Shown: positions 61,307-64,000 of the stretch, piece by piece | How the letters are laid out: each line of letters begins with the position of its first letter | Numbering within the stretch: the stretch's first letter is position 1 | From: the human T2T-CHM13v2.0 reference genome, Homo sapiens | NCBI RefSeq assembly: GCF_009914755.1 | Contig: NC_060935.1 | Length of the DNA: 64,000 bases | Reading direction: 5' to 3' (one strand) | Translations under genes and position numbers: made by a program | The notes under the pieces: generated by a model | Seen by the model: only the letters and a program-made list of their open reading frames with translations | Databases searched by the model: none | What the model was told of the DNA's origin: nothing

Positions 61307-62915
61307 TTTAAGAATAATGATAGGGATTTAAGTTAATGATTGAAAAAAAAACCTCTTGCTTCCATTTATTTGAATAGAGATATACCAATTGCACTGGGGA
61401 TTAATGTCCCCTTGTATTCTGCACCACTTTGCTTAATAATAATGCAAAGGAATAAGAAAAAAAAAAAAAAAAAACCCTGGCCATGTCCTTTTCCTTTGCA
61501 TTCCTCATTTGATCCACCTCCTGAGCATACTATTCATTAATTAACATTTGGGATGAAAGGTGATGCAGAAACACCAGTGTCACAAAAACAAACTGAAAAT
61601 ATTTTCTTTACAGCACACAGCCAATTTTATCCCTGAATTTCTATCCATGTCATTGGAAATAATGTTTAAAAATCATTTCAATTTCATTCATTCCATCTGA
61701 CAAGTTAGTGTTGAGATGGCTCTTTAAATATTTAATAATTGCTTGAGACATTTCCCTTTATTATAATTCTATAGTCAGAATCCCCTGGCTCTTTCATCAA
61801 TCCCAGGGTCTGGAACAAACAGAGGCAGTTAATTTCCAGGCAAACGTTAAATCATGTGATTTCTATTCCAATTTCCTGAAGGTCAAATGAAGCACTCAAT
61901 TCAAAGGGGTGTGCTCATTCCTCCCTTCCCCTTCACCAGCCATTCTTCTTTCACTGCCCATCTGCCCCCCCGCCCTCCACACACACACACCCTCCCAATC
62001 AAATCAAGCCAGATTTCTCTTAATCATCATCAGGAAGACAAAAAGGTATAGCTTTGGAGCATCAAGCCACAATTTCACACTCCATTTGCACAAGAACTCA
62101 GAAGGCCACTAATGTGCTGTTTGCTTTTTAGCAAGCATCTCTGCAGTCATCACTGAAATGCATTTTGGCGCACCTTCCAGGGCATGGGAGCTATTTATGA
62201 GAGCTTGTCTTGAAGTGCCTATGCTATCTGCAAACTGGACCTGGCCGGGAGACAACTGCGATTGGACCAAGAGAACTTTGATATGTGAGAAAGGTAAAAG
62301 TGGATGTCACTTTTCATTTATGTCAACGCTTTCTGCCCCTCAACCAATTCAGTCCTATTTGCCAGGCACTTGTAGGATTCACCCTTCACCAACCCTCTTC
62401 TACACCACTTGACAGTATAAAATAGTCTGCTTTAACTCATGGCAATGACCCAAGTCACATCCAGCTTTTCTTTGCACGCTCGAGGCATTGGCTGAGGATA
62501 AAAATTGTCCCTGGCTTTCTCCCTTTCCTGCCATACAACACCCCTAGATCAGGAAGCATCCTTCCCAAACACACGCCATGTGAAACATGCAAAGTATCAA
62601 GAGAAACTGAGGTGAAATAATCACTTTTGTCTCAAAATATGCTCCCATCATCACTATAATGCCAGCACTTCCTGCTAGGTTCTGAGCTCTTGCTGTTTTC
62701 CAAACCACCAAGAAGTAATTTATAAGCAGGTTTGCTTTCATTCAATCCTCTAATTACTGAATCCCAGCTATAGTACAGGCACCAAGAATATGGGAGAATC
62801 CCTTCTCTGGAGGAAGCTTACAATCTACCAAGGTCACTATACAAACACACACACACACACACACACACACCCCCATATATCACTAAGCAAATACACACAC
62901 ATACATATATGTCAC

Positions 62916-63423
62916 TGTATTAATCAGGGTTCTCTAGAGGGACAAAACTAATGGAAAACATAGATAAAATATAATATAATATAATATAATATAATATAAT
63001 ATAATATAATATAATAATTGCATATATATACATAAAGGAGAGTTTATTAAGTATTAACTCACATGATCACAAGGTCCCACAATAGGCCATCTGCAGGCTG
63101 AGGAACAAGAAAAGTCAGTCAGAGTTCCAAAACTGAAGAACCTGGAGTCGAATGTTCAAGGGCAGGAAGCATCCAGCACAGGAGAAAGATGTAGGCCAGG
63201 AGGCTAGGCCCATCTTTCTTTTCACATTTTTCTGCCTGCTTATATTCTAGCCTTGCTGGCAGGTGATTAGATTGTGCCCACCCAGATTAAGGGTGGTTCT
63301 GCCTTTCCCAGCCCACTGACTCAAATGTTAATCTCCTTTGGCAACACCCTCACAGACACACCCAAGATCAATAGTTTGCATCCTTCAATCCAATCAAGTT
63401 GATACTCAATATTAACCATTGCA
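62916..63423 (-). mobile_element. MLT2A1 (HERV-L) solo LTR, 5-bp TSD GTCAC, internal (ATATA)n
   Basis: Reverse complement begins TG-AATGGTTAATATTGAGT-TCAACTTGATTGGATTGAAGGATGCAAA; GTCAC at 62911-62915 and 63424-63428. Confidence 0.9.
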
Positions 63424-63549
63424 GTCACACACGTGTGTGTGTGTGTGTATGTGTGTGTCTGTGTTTGCTTAGTGACATAGATATATACAATGTGCTGGAA
63501 TGGTGGTGTGCACACATGCATATACAGGAGCACAGAGAAGGAGCACAGA

Positions 63550-64000
63550 GATAGAGAAATTAGAGCTGATTCCTGGGGTAGAAGATACATTATTAGCTGA
63601 ATCCTCAAAGATATGTAAGAATTAGTCGGGAAGAAAAGAAGAAAGAAGGCAGAGGAAATCATAGGAACAAAGGCACAGAAGCAAGAAATCTAAGGGGAGA
63701 CAGGAACAGGCAGTTTTGTACTATAAGAGTGAACATATGAGGCTAGGAATGAAATGAGATAAAGCAAGACAGACAAACCAGGGCCAGGTCATGGGAGGCC
63801 TTGTATGCCATGCCAAGCAACATAGATTTTGTTCCAGGCAGGGGAGCCGTTGAAGGGGTTTCAGCAGGGGAGCTATAGGATGAGATTTATGCTATGTGCA
63901 GATCACTATTGTTCCTGAGCAGAGGATGAATTTAAGAGGGAAAAGGTAGAAGCAGGTGGTGGTTAGGAAGCTGTGGCAACAGATCAGAAAGGCGGTTATG
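63550..64000 (-). mobile_element. L2 remnant
   Basis: Purine-rich GGGCCAGGTCATGG-AGGCCTTGTATGCCATG..GGAGCCGTTGAAGGGGTTTCAGCAGGGGAG, typical of antisense L2. Confidence 0.65.

Noticed and set aside
60306-61356. Possible extended TSD AAAAACCTCT (60306-60315, 61347-61356) and L1-like CAACAAAAGAAACT upstream of the 60403 L1
   Set aside because: Short, A-rich matches about 90 and 40 bp away from the element ends; compatible with chance.

Overview
Hominoid (human/great-ape-like) non-coding DNA that is mostly interspersed repeats: L1PA2-L1M, AluY/S/J, LTR12C, THE1B, MST, MLT1/MLT2A, MER4-group, MER5/MER58, MIR and L2. I found no credible cellular protein-coding exon; every long ORF is an L1 ORF2 remnant or an LTR/Alu artefact. 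The dominant structure is an apparently perfect head-to-tail duplication with period exactly 8,192 bp across about 1755-18683. Its junction lies inside a chimeric L1PA2 (8454-11034), which has the 5' half and an orphan target-site copy of the right-hand L1 and the 3' half and flank of the left-hand L1. This is the signature of L1-L1 unequal crossover (or an assembly loop through the same homology). The two parental L1s were already homogenised over about 1.2 kb, with shared private alleles and a 545-bp perfect-identity core containing the crossover. The duplication doubles a complete CCAAT-rich LTR12C promoter/enhancer and creates a provirus mimic with identical LTRs. Smaller oddities include an L1 carrying a 147-bp foreign insert inside its TSD, an L1 3' end inserted without TSD in an AluY, an AluY/AluSp mosaic, an MLT2A1 LTR inserted in the loop of a palindrome, and serial MER5 insertions at one 8-bp site. 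Subfamily names are from recalled consensus motifs and all alignments and counts were done by eye.
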